Shown: positions 12,700 through 24,734, counted from the first letter of the whole stretch. The stretch is 63,834 nt of DNA, filler included, from Octopus bimaculoides (GCF_001194135.2; 8 parts of 6 records of this genome joined end to end with filler, not necessarily neighbours in it); one strand, 5' to 3'. Numbers and translations are program-made. The notes: generated by a model from the sequence alone, not told the origin.

Positions 12700-13720
12700 G
12701 GGCTTCACATCACCACTCCTGTGCGTGCTTTTATCCCAGCTGTTTACCCATTTGGTATATAAAGGAGTTTGATTCTGCTACCCCCACCTGTGCCTCGTGT
12801 CGGGCTGTTGGTTCATCTGGTATTGTAGAGAGGAGGATATGCTTATTTCGTTTTTGAAGACAACTACGTCCACCTTATGCAGATTTAAATTTTGTCGCAG
12901 GACATTGAAGAACTGTGAGTCTTTGAACCCTAGGTTATTGCAGAACCTGACACTGGATTTTTTAGAAGTAGTCGATAGTTCCTTTGGTACAATTCAATCG
13001 CGGCTAGTTCTGGCATTTGTATAAATTCAAAGCAAAAATTAGGTATTAGCCCTTCTAGAGTTTTCCATTTGTAGATTATTACATGTCTGTCGCGTCTACG
13101 ACCCAGGGTGTAAAGTTGCAGTTCTTTCAGCCTCTGCCTGTTGCTCATCCGATGCACTGTTTCAAACTTTGTAATGTAGCAGCGTTGGACTGCTTCAATG
13201 TGCACCGTTAGTTTGGCATTATATGTGACTATACCTGGGAGTAATAGTCCAAGCGGCTGAGGATAACGGCTCTCCACAGGGTCAACATCGTTTCTTGGTC
13301 TCTTGTTTGGAAGGACCTTAGTGTCCCTGTTGCTAGTTGTCTGCCATCTTGATAATGTGCATATGAAATGAAGCATAACTGCAATACTAATTCCTAAGTC
13401 TTTCACTGCCTGTAACTCTGGGATTACAGTATCTTCGGGCCCTGCAAATACTAGCTATAGTGAATTCGTGAGTTGATACTGCAGTGCTTGACATTTTCCA
13501 GCATTAAACTACATGTTTACTTCGGCCGAATTACATATCGAATTCAGGTCCCAGTGTATGTAAGCTTCAGCCGTCATCTTAATTTTTTATTACCTGTCAT
13601 ACCGTAGGTATGAACGGTAATGGCCCCAGAACAATTCCCTGGGGGACGTCACTTAGTGTTTGAATTGCCTCAGAAAGGACACCATTAGCAGCAACTGCCT
13701 GACTTCTATCTTTAAGGAAG
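12700..13720 (-). mobile_element. CR1-clade LINE remnant (RT 3' half and 3' UTR)
   Basis: DVPQGIVLGP, IEAVQR, RLKELQLYTLGRRRDRHVIIYKWKTLEGLIPN, NLHKVDVVVFK; multiple stops and frameshifts. Confidence 0.85.
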
Positions 13721-13991
13721 TCATGTATATATATATATATATGTATATGTATGTGTGTGTGTGTGTGTGTGNNNNNNNNNNNNNNNNNNNNNNNNNNNNN
13801 NNNNNNNNNNNNNNNNNNNNNNNNNNNNNNNNNNNNNNNNNNNNNNNNNNNNNNNNNNNNNNNNNNNNNNNNNNNNNNNNNNNNNNNNNNNNNNNNNNNN
13901 NNNNNNNNNNNNNNNNNNNNNNNNNNNNNNNNNNNNNNNNNNNNNNNNNNNNNNNNNNNNNNNNNNNNNNNNNNNNNNNNNNNNNNNNNNN

Positions 13992-14072
<81 letters not shown>

Positions 14073-15142
14073 GTGTGTGTGTGTGTATAAGTATATATTA
14101 TCAGAGGCAACACAAGCTCATCAGCGTCACTGAGGCTCACCACAGATTTCGTCACTCGGGCTCGTCACAGGTTTTGCATAAGACACATGCCTGTTCGAAG
14201 AATTTCACATTTTTCTGCAATATTTCTTGCCACAAATGGCTTGTATTTTTATATCTAGTACGATGCCTTTCTCAATTTCTACATTAGAGCTAAAATTAAA
14301 GCAACCCTACAAAACACAACTGATATTTACACACAGACGCACAGAATTATAGCAATCAAATAACGACAACAAACACCAGCGATTTGACTGTCGCCTGTAC
14401 ACTTGACAAGGGACGCCGGCTTGTCTTCTATACCTACCAGGCTCGTACATATTAGGTCGAGTTGCTGGACGTTTCTTGTTCTTTTAAGAATATTGTGGAA
14501 CGGAAACATTTCATAGATTGGAATCTAAATCCTAATCTCTATAGGAATTTATTGTTTCAAGAAAACTTTGAATTTGAATTACTTTTATTTTTTTATGATT
14601 ATAGATAACAACTCGGGCTGTAACTTCTGAGCCAAAGTCAGACGCGTGTGAACGATGTCGAGAGAACGTCTGCTACGAATGATATTTTATGACACAGGGC
14701 ACCTCTAAGACGACCGGCAGACGCTGAATGGAGATAAATGAATTGCGACCAGGATCAATGAAAGAGCCCAAGTTATTGGCTGCTATTACATACTTGAAGT
14801 CAGTGTTGGCATAAATTAAATCGACTTGCAAATACACGTTCACTTTACTAAATCTATACTCGGGCTAAGCCTGAACAGCCCGAGTGCCGGAGTCGCCACT
14901 GATATATGTATGTATATGTATATATNNNNNNNNNNNNNNNNNNNNNNNNNNNNNNNNNNNNNNNNNNNNTTAATTAATTAANNNNNNNNNNNNNNNNNNN
15001 NNNNNNNNNNNNNNNNNNNNNNNNNATATCTTTATGTATATGTTTATATGTATACATGTATATATATATGTATGTGCATGTATATATGTATGTGTGTGTA
15101 TATATATATGTATAAATGTATGTGTGTGTATCTATATATGCA

Positions 15143-16335
15143 TATATGTATCATCATCATCATCATTTTGCATCTGTTTTCCTTGCTAGTATGGGTTGGA
15201 CAGTTCAACTGGGGTCTGGGAAGCCAGGAAGTTGTACCAGGCTCCAGTCTGATCTGGTATGGTTTCTACAGCTGGATGCCCTTCCTAATGCCAACCACTC
15301 CGTGAGTGTAGTGGGTGCTTTTTATGTGCCACCGGCACAGGGGCCAGAGGTGTCTGGCAATGGCCATGATCGGTTGGTGCTTTTTATGTGCCACTGGCAC
15401 AGAAGCCAGTCAATGTGGCGCTGGCATTTTCCATGTTTGGGTGGTGCTTTTTACATGCCACTGGTACAGGTATCACAACTGCAATTTCCATTTGATTTTC
15501 ATTTTGATGTCGATGTACTTTACTCAATAGGTCTCTTCAAGCACAGCAGGTCACCCTACGATCCAAGGTACTTTTGAATGGGCTGGGGCTGGTTATGCAA
15601 AACTGGTGTAGGATACAGCCATGAACTCACTCTATTTATCAGGTCTTCACAGTCACAGCATATCTCCAGAGGTCTCGGTATTTCATCATTGCTTCTGTGA
15701 GGCCCAATATTTGGAGGTCAAGCTTCACCACCTCATCCCATGTCTTCCTGAGTCTACCTCTACCCCGGATTCCCTCAACTGTTTGGGAGTGGCACTTCTT
15801 CACACAGCTCTCCTCATCCATTCATAGTACATGACCATACTTGCGCAAACATCTCTCTTGCATGCCACATCCGATGCTTCTTATGTCCAACATTTCTCTC
15901 AGGGCGCTTACACTCTGTCATGTATGCACACTGACATTACACATCCAGCGGATCATGCTAGCTTCATTTCTTTCAAGCCTATGCATGACCTCCACAGTCA
16001 TGGCCCATGTTTCACTGCCGTGAAGCATGGCAGTTTGTACACATGCATCGTACAATCTACCTTTCACTCTTAGCGAGAGGCCCTTTGTCACCAGTAGGGT
16101 TAGAAGCTTTCTAAACTTTGCCCAGGCTATTCTTATGCTAGTGGTAACACTCTCTGAGCATTCACTCCTACTACTAACTTGGTCACCCAGGTAGCGGAAG
16201 CTATCAACTACTTCTAGTTTCTTCCACTGGCATGTGATGGAGTCTGTTTTCTGAGCATATGTGATGTTTATTGCCCCTGTGCATCTGCCGCACATGAAAG
16301 CTATCTTCCTGGTTAATCTTCCTTTGATGTTGCTG
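15143..16335 (-). mobile_element. 5'-truncated RTE LINE with 3' UTR and (GAT)n tail
   Basis: LEVVDSFRYLG, RIAWAKF, MLHGSETW, ERNEASMIRWMC, GRGRLRKTWDEVVK; 3' UTR with three ~65-bp internal repeats (GGTGCTTTTTAYRTGCCAC); ends in (GAT)n. Confidence 0.9.
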
Positions 16336-16344
16336 CTTTTATAA

Positions 16345-16393
16345 AGCCTTGTGAGTGGATTTGGTAGACGGAAACTGAAAGAAGCCTGTCGTA

Positions 16394-16454
<61 letters not shown>

Positions 16455-16528
16455 ATGTGTTTGTCCCCCCAACATCACTTGACAACCGATGTTGGTGTGT
16501 TTACATCCCCGTAACTTAGCGGTTCAGC
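16345..16528 (+). mobile_element. SINE family A internal fragment (left body, microsatellite linker, start of right half)
   Basis: AAAGCCTTGTGAGTGGATTTGGTAGACGGAAACTGAAAGAAGCC-(TA)n-TTTGTCCCCC...TTGACAACCGATG. Confidence 0.85.
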
Positions 16529-17779
16529 NNNNNNNNNNNNNNNNNNNNNNNNNNNNNNNNNNNNNNNNNNNNNNNNNNNNNNNNNNNNNNNNNNNNNNNN
16601 NNNNNNNNNNNNNNNNNNNNNNNNNNNNNNNNNNNNNNNNNNNNNNNNNNNNNNNNNNNNNNNNNNNNNNNNNNNNNNNNNNNNNNNNNNNNNNNNNNNN
16701 NNNNNNNNNNNNNNNNNNNNNNNNNNNNNNNNNNNNNNNNNNNNNNNNNNNNNNNNNNNNNNNNNNNNNNNNNNNNNNNNNNNNNNNNNNNNNNNNNNNN
16801 NNNNNNNNNNNNNNNNNNNNNNNNNNNNNNNNNNNNNNNNNNNNNNNNNNNNNNNNNNNNNNNNNNNNNNNNNNNNNNNNNNNNNNNNNNNNNNNNNNNN
16901 NNNNNNNNNNNNNNNNNNNNNNNNNNNNNNNNNNNNNNNNNNNNNNNNNNNNNNNNNNNNNNNNNNNNNNNNNNNNNNATTCATTTTTACCAGCTGATAA
17001 ACTTAATATAAGAGATTATCAAGTCTTTAATGCTAAGGATTTTGGAATTAGCAACTGAAGCAACAATATCACTAAATATATCTTTTAAAGAATTTTTACT
17101 GATATTTACAAAAAATATCAAGTTAGTGAAGTTTTTGCATTGCAGTGTTTGACATTCTAACAGCTGTAGAACTTGAGTAAAAAACAATTAACAGTATTTA
17201 TATACAATTTATTGCTGTTTGACTTAATGACATCAACCAGCGAACAAATTACATTTAATTAGTCCAAATGGCAATCAGATTTAATGTTTTGTGTGACTGA
17301 ATCAAGAATTTACAAATGTTTTTTGAGAAAAAGAGAGAGAGAGAGAATACACCAGCTACACTGCTTTGAATTGCTCTGATCTTATATAAACTTTTGTTCT
17401 CTGGAAGAGCCTATTAAGAGTATAGGGATGGCAGGACTTTCTCTTGTTAAATTCTTTGAATAGTTTATATTTCTTTATTGCTAACCTTTATTTACAAATT
17501 AAGCTGCAACAGACATAGAAGGTCACATATTTTGTTGAGAGAGAGGTAGTCATTTCAATTGAACCCAGAATATGATTAGTACTTATGTTTCTTGACCTTA
17601 GGGAGGATTGAAAGATGAAGTTGCTCTCAACAGAATTTGAACTCTACTGATTCTGTCTGTTCATCTCTTTTACTCTACTTAAATAAATATTATTGAAGTA
17701 AAAGTCCTTAGCTTTATATGAAATGTTGGAATAAGAAAGTGACATGTTTATACCTTCCTCTGTAGTATTATCAATGTAC

Positions 17780-17990
17780 ATTTATCATCATCATCATTGA
17801 CATCATCATTTAACATCTGCTTTCCATGCTGGCATTGGTTGGTCATCTTGGCAGGTCCAACAACAGTATCATGCTCCAATGTTTGCTTTGGCATGGTCTC
17901 TACAGATGGACACCTTCCTAACACCAACCACTCAGCAGAGTGCACTGGGTGCATTTTTCATGGCACCAGCACTAGTTAGGTCACCATGCA
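17780..17990 (-). mobile_element. RTE 3' UTR/tail fragment
   Basis: (CAT)n-TTTAACATCTGCTTTCCATGCTGGCAT...CCTTCCTAACACCAACCAC matches the 15143 copy. Confidence 0.75.
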
Positions 17991-18659
17991 GGTGGTGGGT
18001 TGTGATTTGAGTGAAATTCGGCTGCTATTTTTAGCAGATCAGGCCTTCTTGCAAAGACTCCTTTGCTGGTTCATTTGCTAAACTGTAATTCATATATGCA
18101 TTTATAAAGCAATAATTGTAAAACTCTGTGTGTGGAGAGAGAGAGAGAGAGAGAGAGACAAACATACAGACATATTTCAACAAGAAAATCAAGTTGCTGG
18201 TGCCCCGACATGGCCTTGTCCATGATGTCTAAAATTGAAGAACTAACATATGAGGAAGCCTTTACATAGTCATTGTCAGGAAAGAGTTAGACACAAGACA
18301 AAGTGACTGACATGAACCAAGGGGCTTTAATCCAGTCAGCTTGCCTCCCTCCAGGGCAGGTGGAATGATTAAATGCATTCAATCTATGCTGGAAAGTAGT
18401 TTGTGATAGGAAGAGCACCCAGCTGTAAAAAACATGTCAGAAACATTTCAAACAAGTCAATATATATATATATAATGGGTGAGAGGATGCTAGTGCAAGT
18501 GTAGAATAGATCAAAGGGGAAAGACAGAAAAGCTAGACAATTATATCTATATGAGATGTTACATATATTGGCAGGATGTAATTCTTTACAGCTGTTTCAA
18601 ACATTCAGTGACTAGTTGATATTATATTACATATTATGCAAATATTACTTAAAAGCATA

Positions 18660-19110
18660 AGGTGGTGAGCTGGCAGGACTGTTATGGTGCCGGGCAAAAT
18701 GCTTAGTAGCATTTCATCCATCTTCACATTCTGAGTTCAAATTCCACCGATGTCAACTTTGCCTTTTATCCTTTCAGAGGTGATAAAATAAGCTCAATAA
18801 TTGAGCATTGGGGTCAGTCTAATCGATTTACTCCCTCCCCACAAATTGATGCCCTGGTGCCAAAAATTGGAATCAATATTACTTAAGAGTACAAAACAGT
18901 GAGCTGGTAAAACTCTTGCAGCATTGGACAAAATGCTTAGTGGCATTTTGTCTGTCATTGTGTTCTGAGTTCAAATTCCACCAATATCAACTTCACTTTT
19001 ATCCTTTTGGGGTCAATAAAATAAGTACCAGTTGAGCACTGGGGTCGTTGTAATCAATTTAATCCCTTCCCTGAAATTGCTGGTCTTGTGCCAAAATTTG
19101 AAACCAGTGT
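18660..19110 (+). mobile_element. Two tandem copies of SINE family B
   Basis: Copies at about 18660-18875 and 18898-19110, each with GAGCTGGYA head, CTGAGTTCAAATTCC B-box and CCTTTTATCCTTT core. Confidence 0.85.
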
Positions 19111-19187
19111 TTATCACATGAAAGTAGTCATGTATTAAGATTTATGTATATGTACATAATATGCATTATAATATCAACCATTCATAT

Positions 19188-19695
19188 AGGCACAGGAGTG
19201 GCTGTGTGGTAAGTAGCTTGCTTACCAACCACATGGTTCTGGGTTCCTACTGCTTGGCACCTTGGGCAAATGTCTTCTACTATAGCCTCGGGCCGACTGA
19301 AGCTTTGTAAGTGGATCTGGTAGACGGAAACTGAAAGAAGCCCGTCATATATCATCATCGTCACCCATCTAAGTACTAACTAGGCTCGATGTTGCTTAAC
19401 TTCGGTGATCGGACGAGAACCGGTGCTTTCAACGTGATATGGCCGTAATATATATATATATATATGTATGTATGTGTGTATATGTTTGTGCATCTGTGTT
19501 TGTCCCCCCCACCACAAGATCACTTGACAACCGATGCTGGTACGTTTGCATTCCCGTAACTTAGCAGTTTGGCAAAAGCAACCAATAGAATAAGTGTTAG
19601 GCTTACAAAGAATAAGTCCTGGGGCCGAGTTGCTCAACTAAAAGTAGTGCTCCAGCATGGCCGCAGTCAAATGACTGCAACAAAAGAATAAAGAA
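19188..19695 (+). mobile_element. Full bipartite tRNA-derived SINE family A, interrupted by a 5S copy
   Basis: A-box TGGCTGTGTGG, tRNA-like head, microsatellite linker, right half ending CAGCATGGCCGCAGTCAAATGACT and an (AAAGAATA)-type tail. Confidence 0.9.
19360..19448 (-). pseudogene. 3'-truncated 5S rRNA copy (about nt 3-91)
   Basis: Minus: TTACGGCCATATCACGTTGAAAGCACCGGTTCTCGTCCGATCACCGAAGTTAAGCAACATCGAGCCTAGTTAGTACTTAGATGGGTGAC, recognisable metazoan 5S; last ~30 nt missing. Confidence 0.92.
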
Positions 19696-19944
19696 GAAAA
19701 ATTCATCTTATATTTATACACATGCACATAGACACAGACAAACAGTGTAAAGTGAGTGGTTGGTGCTATGAAGGGTAGCCATCCATAGAAGCCAAGCCAA
19801 AATCTGAGGCACACAAACAAGTTGTGATTCTCCAACCCGTCTAGAAGGTTTGTATGTCTATGAATAGAAACTGATTCAGACTGCCAAGATGCCTTCAACC
19901 TATGCCAACATGGAAAGCAGATATAAAATGATACTCATTGTGGT

Positions 19945-20125
19945 GGCGGTGGCAGTGGTAGTGATTGTGGTGGTGGTGGTGGCAGGTGGTGGTGAGAGTT
20001 GTAATAGTGGTGAGGGTGGAGGTGAAAGGTGGTGGTGAGGGTGGTGGTGAGAGTTGTAATAGTGGTGAGGGTGGAGGTGGTGGTGGTGATGGTGGTGAAG
20101 ATATTGCTGCTGCTGATGATGATGG
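19945..20125. repeat. (GGT)n-rich low-complexity tract with internal duplication
   Basis: GGTGGTGAGAGTTGTAATAGTGGTGAGGGTGGAGGT occurs twice. Confidence 0.85.
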
Positions 20126-20518
20126 CAATGACATATACTTCAATGCATTTATCTAAAATAGTTTTGGTGTTATATTCTCAAGAGAAAATATGTAGGACCA
20201 AAAACTGAAAGGGTTCAATATGAACGCAGAGATGAATCTCATTCAATTCTGGAGATTAGTCTCTTAATTATTTATAAATCAGTAGCTGCTGGCTGATGCT
20301 GAGCTGGCAATTAGCGTGCAAGGGAAAATTATGAAACGAAGCAGAAGGCATTCAAATTAATTGATTGTACCACAGAAAACATTTTCAGCCTTGCTCTAAA
20401 ACAGTTTTCAAAGTTACGTCTCTTGAATGTATTTCGAGATTTAACAACTGAAAGACAGTAATTTCAACCTTGTTGTGTCTTAACTTTGGTGAAATCTCAA
20501 TCAGTTTAAACCACACGT

Positions 20519-20950
20519 TCTCTCTCTCTCTCTATTTCTCTTTCTGTTCTCTCTCTCTCTTTCTCTTCTTTCTCTCTTTCTGTTCTCTCTCTCTCTTTCT
20601 GTTCCCTCTCTCTTTCTGTTCTCTCTCTTTCTGTTCTCTCTCTCTTTCTGTTCTTTCTCTCTTTCTGTTCTCTCTCTCTTTCTGTTCTCTCTCTCTTTCT
20701 GTTCTCTCTCTCTTTCTGTTCTCTCTCTCTTTCTTTCATTCTCTCTCTATTTCTCTTTCTTTCTCTCTTTCTATTTCTCTTTCTATCACTCTCTCTCCCT
20801 TTTTCTTTCTCTCTCTTTATCTCTATTTCTCTCTTTCTCTACCTCCCTTTCTCTATATTTCTCTTTCTCACTCTCTCTCTCTCTCACTCTCTCACTCTCT
20901 TACTCTCTCTCTCTCTCTCTCTCTTACTCTCTCTTGCATCTCCCTCTCTT
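20519..20950. repeat. (CT)n-rich compound repeat with TTTCTGTTCTCTCTC higher-order unit
   Basis: Direct reading. Confidence 0.9.
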
Positions 20951-21019
20951 AGTTTGCCTGTTCATATATACCAGTTGATATCCAAATTAAAATAAACTTT
21001 TTATTCTTTCACTTGATTC

Positions 21020-21195
21020 GGTCATGACTGGGGCCATGCTGGAGCACTGCCTTTAGTCCAACAAACTGACCCCAGGATTTATTCTTTGTAAGCCTAGTAC
21101 TTATTCTTTTGGTCTCTTTTGCCGGACCATTAAGTTACAGGAACATAAACACACCAACATCGGTTGTCAAGTGATGGTAGGGGCACAAACACAGA
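21020..21195 (-). mobile_element. SINE family A right half
   Basis: GCCATGCTGGAGCACTGCCTTTAGTC...CGGTTGTCAAG is the reverse complement of the family A 3' half. Confidence 0.85.
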
Positions 21196-21230
21196 CATAT
21201 AAACACACAAACATACAAATATATACATAC

Positions 21231-21274
<44 letters not shown>

Positions 21275-21335
21275 GTTCAAACAAGAAAATCGACAAACTC
21301 ATGGGGCTCCTGCCAATCCTAATAGAGAACTTTAT

Positions 21336-21701
21336 GTTGTTGTTGTTGTTGGCACTCCGTCGCTTACAACGTCGAGGGTTCCAGTTGATCCGATCAACGG
21401 AACAGCCTGCTCGTGAAATTAACGTGGCTGAGCACTCCACAGACACGTGTACCCTTAACGTAGTTCTCGGGGATATTCAGCGTGACACAGTGTGACAAGG
21501 CTGACCCTTTGAATTACAGGCACAACAGAAACAGGAAGTAAGAGTGAGAGAAAGTTGTGGTGGAAGAGTACAGCAGGGTTCGCCACCATCCCCTGCCGGA
21601 GCCTCATGGAGCTTTAGGTGTTTTCGCTCAATAAACACTCGCAACGCCCGGTCTGGGAATCGAAATCGCGATCCCATGACCGCGAGGGCCATTGCGCCTC
21701 C
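21336..21701 (-). mobile_element. Young tRNA-derived SINE family C with 13-bp target-site duplication
   Basis: Head GGAGGCGCAATGGCC...GATTTCGATTCCCAGACC, (ACA)n tail; TAGAGAACTTTAT flanks both sides (21323-21335 and 21704-21716). Confidence 0.9.
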
Positions 21702-22569
21702 ACTAGAGAACTTTATATTACCCAAAGATCAACTTGCTTGAATCAACACAAATATCTGGAAGAGTTTCAGATGCCAAGTCATAAAAAACAAAACACACAC
21801 AAAAAATAGAAAGCAATTGCCTGCATGTATGCACACACGTGTGCAGTTTGTAAACAAACTCCGTTTGTTCAAACATTTCTGTTGAATCGTACAATAACAA
21901 CAAAAGTGGTCCAGAAGCCTTCCTGTAATGCACTGCAGAAAGATACGTATAGACATGCAAGTTGCTGGAGCGCTACCTTGATGGGTTTTAAACGAACAAA
22001 TCGACTCTAGGACATATTGTTTTTTAAACCTCGTACTTATTCTATTAGTCATTTTTGCCGAACTGTCAAGTTATGGCGATGTAAACACACCAACAGTGGT
22101 TGTCAAGTGGTGATGGAGGACAAATATGGACACAATGACACATACATATGTGTACATATACATAGGTATATATATAGCTCTTATTTCTAGTAACGTAGTA
22201 TTCTAGTCATATTTAGTGACAATTATAGTTTTCCTATTTGGCAACACATTGCACACAGCTGTCTTATATTAATTTTATGAATATATTTATATACATTTAT
22301 ACAAATTTACATGTCTTATACAAAGGATCATATATATATATATGATGTTTTTTTGTTGCATGTGACGTTCTTGTTCCAGTTAAAAAAAAAATTTTTTTAT
22401 GTATATACATATAGCGGCGTATGTACATTTTTGGTCTCCTGTATATAAGTATATATATATATATATATANNNNNNNNNNNNNNNNNNNNNNNNNNNNNNN
22501 NNNNNNNNNNNNNTTAATTAATTAANNNNNNNNNNNNNNNNNNNNNNNNNNNNNNNNNNNNNNNNNNNN

Positions 22570-22601
<32 letters not shown>

Positions 22602-22624
22602 GTTATTCTTGTTGTTATTGTTGT

Positions 22625-22930
22625 TGCGGCACTGGCAACGATCTCGCTCAAATGACTTTTCATGTGCCAGGAATGCGATGCTGCGGCACCAATGCCAGGA
22701 AGGCGACACTGGTAACGATCATGCTCGAATGGTGGTGCCATCATGATTTCGCTTTCGCTTGCCCCAACAGGTCTTCGCAAGCAGAGTTTAGTGTCCAATG
22801 AAGGAAACGTTGGCATGGGGGCCAGTCATCGAATTTAGTTCGATTTCGATTTCACTTGCCTCAACTGGTCTTCGCAAGTGGAGTTTAGTGTCCAATGAAG
22901 GAAAGGTACGCATAAGTGGGCTGGCTGGGT
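22625..22930 (-). mobile_element. RTE 3' UTR variant fragment with internal 42-bp duplication
   Basis: GGCACTGGCAACGATC and GGTCTTCGCAAG..GAGTTTAGTGTCCAATGAAGGAAA (twice) resemble the 15143 and 34450 UTRs. Confidence 0.6.
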
Positions 22931-23044
22931 TTAAATCTATTTTCCTTCATTCTATGGTTTATAATATATAAAAACTGAAATCTCTCCAATCTCCTCAAAT
23001 TTATGCCCCTTTCACTTATTTTAGAATCCCCTTAACTGATTAAT

Positions 23045-23300
23045 GCATTATCATCATCATTGTTTAACGTCTGTTTTCCATGCTGGTATGGGTTGAACGG
23101 TTCAACTGGGGTCTGGGAAGCCAGAAGGCTGCACCAGACTCCAGTCAGATCTGGCAGTGTTTCTACAGCTGGATGTCCTTCCTAATGCCAACCACTCCCA
23201 GAGTGTAGTGGGTGCTTTTTATGTGCCACCGGCACAGGGGCCAGAGAAGGCTGGCAATGACCACAATCAGTATTTTTTTTTACGTGCCACCAGCAATACA
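23045..23300 (-). mobile_element. RTE 3' UTR/tail fragment
   Basis: (CAT)n...TTTCTACAGCTGGATGTCCTTCCTAATGCCAACCAC...GGTGCTTTTTATGTGCCACC. Confidence 0.85.
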
Positions 23301-23725
23301 ATAATCACCACACATCTGCAAAAGAATCTAAACTTTTCACGGTTTTGATACTCATTTTTACAGAATTTTAGTTACAGACAGTTCCAGATTTTAGATTCTC
23401 TACTGTCTGGGTAAAAGAAGAATAAAACCACAAGATACATTGTTAAAGAATGCTCTGCAAATAAAAAGAAAATTCATTTAAAAATGGTTATTATTCATTC
23501 CTGTGAAATATCTTGTAATAATTAGTTTCAGTGCTTCTAGCAGAATTTCAGTTCCAATAGCTCTCTCATTCTTCAAGAGCTGATTCCATGTTCTTAAGTA
23601 ATTGCTTGTAAGTTCTAGCACTTCTTATGTTCCAAATTACTGCTGTTTTCTCAGACTTTCTTCAAACGTTTTCATGTACTTCAAATCGGCAACCATATGC
23701 ATATGTGTGTGTGTGTATATGTGTA

Positions 23726-23818
<93 letters not shown>

Positions 23819-24042
23819 ATGTATATATATACACACATACATATATGTATATATATGTACATATATATATATATAAATTATGTATGTCATCATCATCATC
23901 ATCATCATCATCACCATTTAACCCATACTGTCCAACCCCTGCCAGTATGGAAAGTAGGCGTTAAACAACGATGATGATGATGACGATGATATATATACAT
24001 CAGTAAAGTGACTGAAGGCACTAGCCACCACCAGTATTGCCA

Positions 24043-24369
24043 GAAATAAGAATTAAAACACCTGAATAGCTACCAGAAGCACCTTATCTTAATGACTGAC
24101 AAGGTCCCTCAGTGCCCAGGCATAACCAGATCACAAAGATTTCACACTTATATTAATGCTCATCAGTAACTCTGACCTAGCGCCTTGGGCTAAACATTAC
24201 TCACCTTGTCAGTTTATAAAACTATGGTAAACACTCACTGACGGGCATTAATATAAATGCGAAATCACTGTGATCTGGTTATGATTAAGTGCTGCGGGAG
24301 GTTGCCTCTCTTGTCAATCATTAAGATAAGGTGCTTCTTGTGGCTACGAGTTGTTTTATCTCTTATTTC
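24043..24369. mobile_element. Fold-back element with hammerhead family 2 motif on each strand
   Basis: Inverted arms 24043-24167 and 24237-24369. Minus: CTGATGA-GCAT(taatataa)GTGT-GAAAT-ctttgtg-ATC. Plus: CTGACGG-GCAT(taatataa)ATGC-GAAAT-cactgtg-ATC. Confidence 0.7.
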
Positions 24370-24377
24370 TAGCTATA

Positions 24378-24518
24378 CAGGAGTGGCTGAGGGGTAACCA
24401 ATGGTTCTGGGTTCAGTCCCACTGTGTGGCACCTTGGGCAAGTGTCTTCTACTATAGCCTTGAGCCGACAAAAGCCTTGTGAGTGGATTTGGTAGATGGA
24501 ATCTGAAAGAAGCCCATC
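24378..24518 (+). mobile_element. SINE family A left half
   Basis: GGAGTGGCTG...GGGTTCAGTCCCACTG...CTGAAAGAAGCCC. Confidence 0.85.
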
Positions 24519-24734
24519 ATATATATATATATATATATATATANNNNNNNNNNNNNNNNNNNNNNNNNNNNNNNNNNNNNNNNNNNNTTAATTAATTAAN
24601 NNNNNNNNNNNNNNNNNNNNNNNNNNNNNNNNNNNNNNNNNNNATATATATAGCTGCAACTGTGTGGTAAGAAGCTATAGGCGCAGGCGTGGCTGTGTGG
24701 TAAGAATCATTCGTTTAGATTATATATTTAAACA

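Noticed and set aside
14600-14880. GC-richer unique stretch with acceptor-like sites and a CERCRENVC motif
   Set aside because: Stops in the relevant frames; phase incompatible with the 26.1-kb candidate exon.
14970-14981. TTAATTAATTAA embedded in N runs, recurring at 22514, 24588, 34261, 45597, 53030 and 56449
   Set aside because: Identical 12-mer centred in fixed-length N spacers, with stops in all six frames: a scaffolding linker, not biology.
19188-19260. tRNA genes
   Set aside because: tRNA-like heads here and elsewhere lack complete cloverleafs and continue into SINE bodies.
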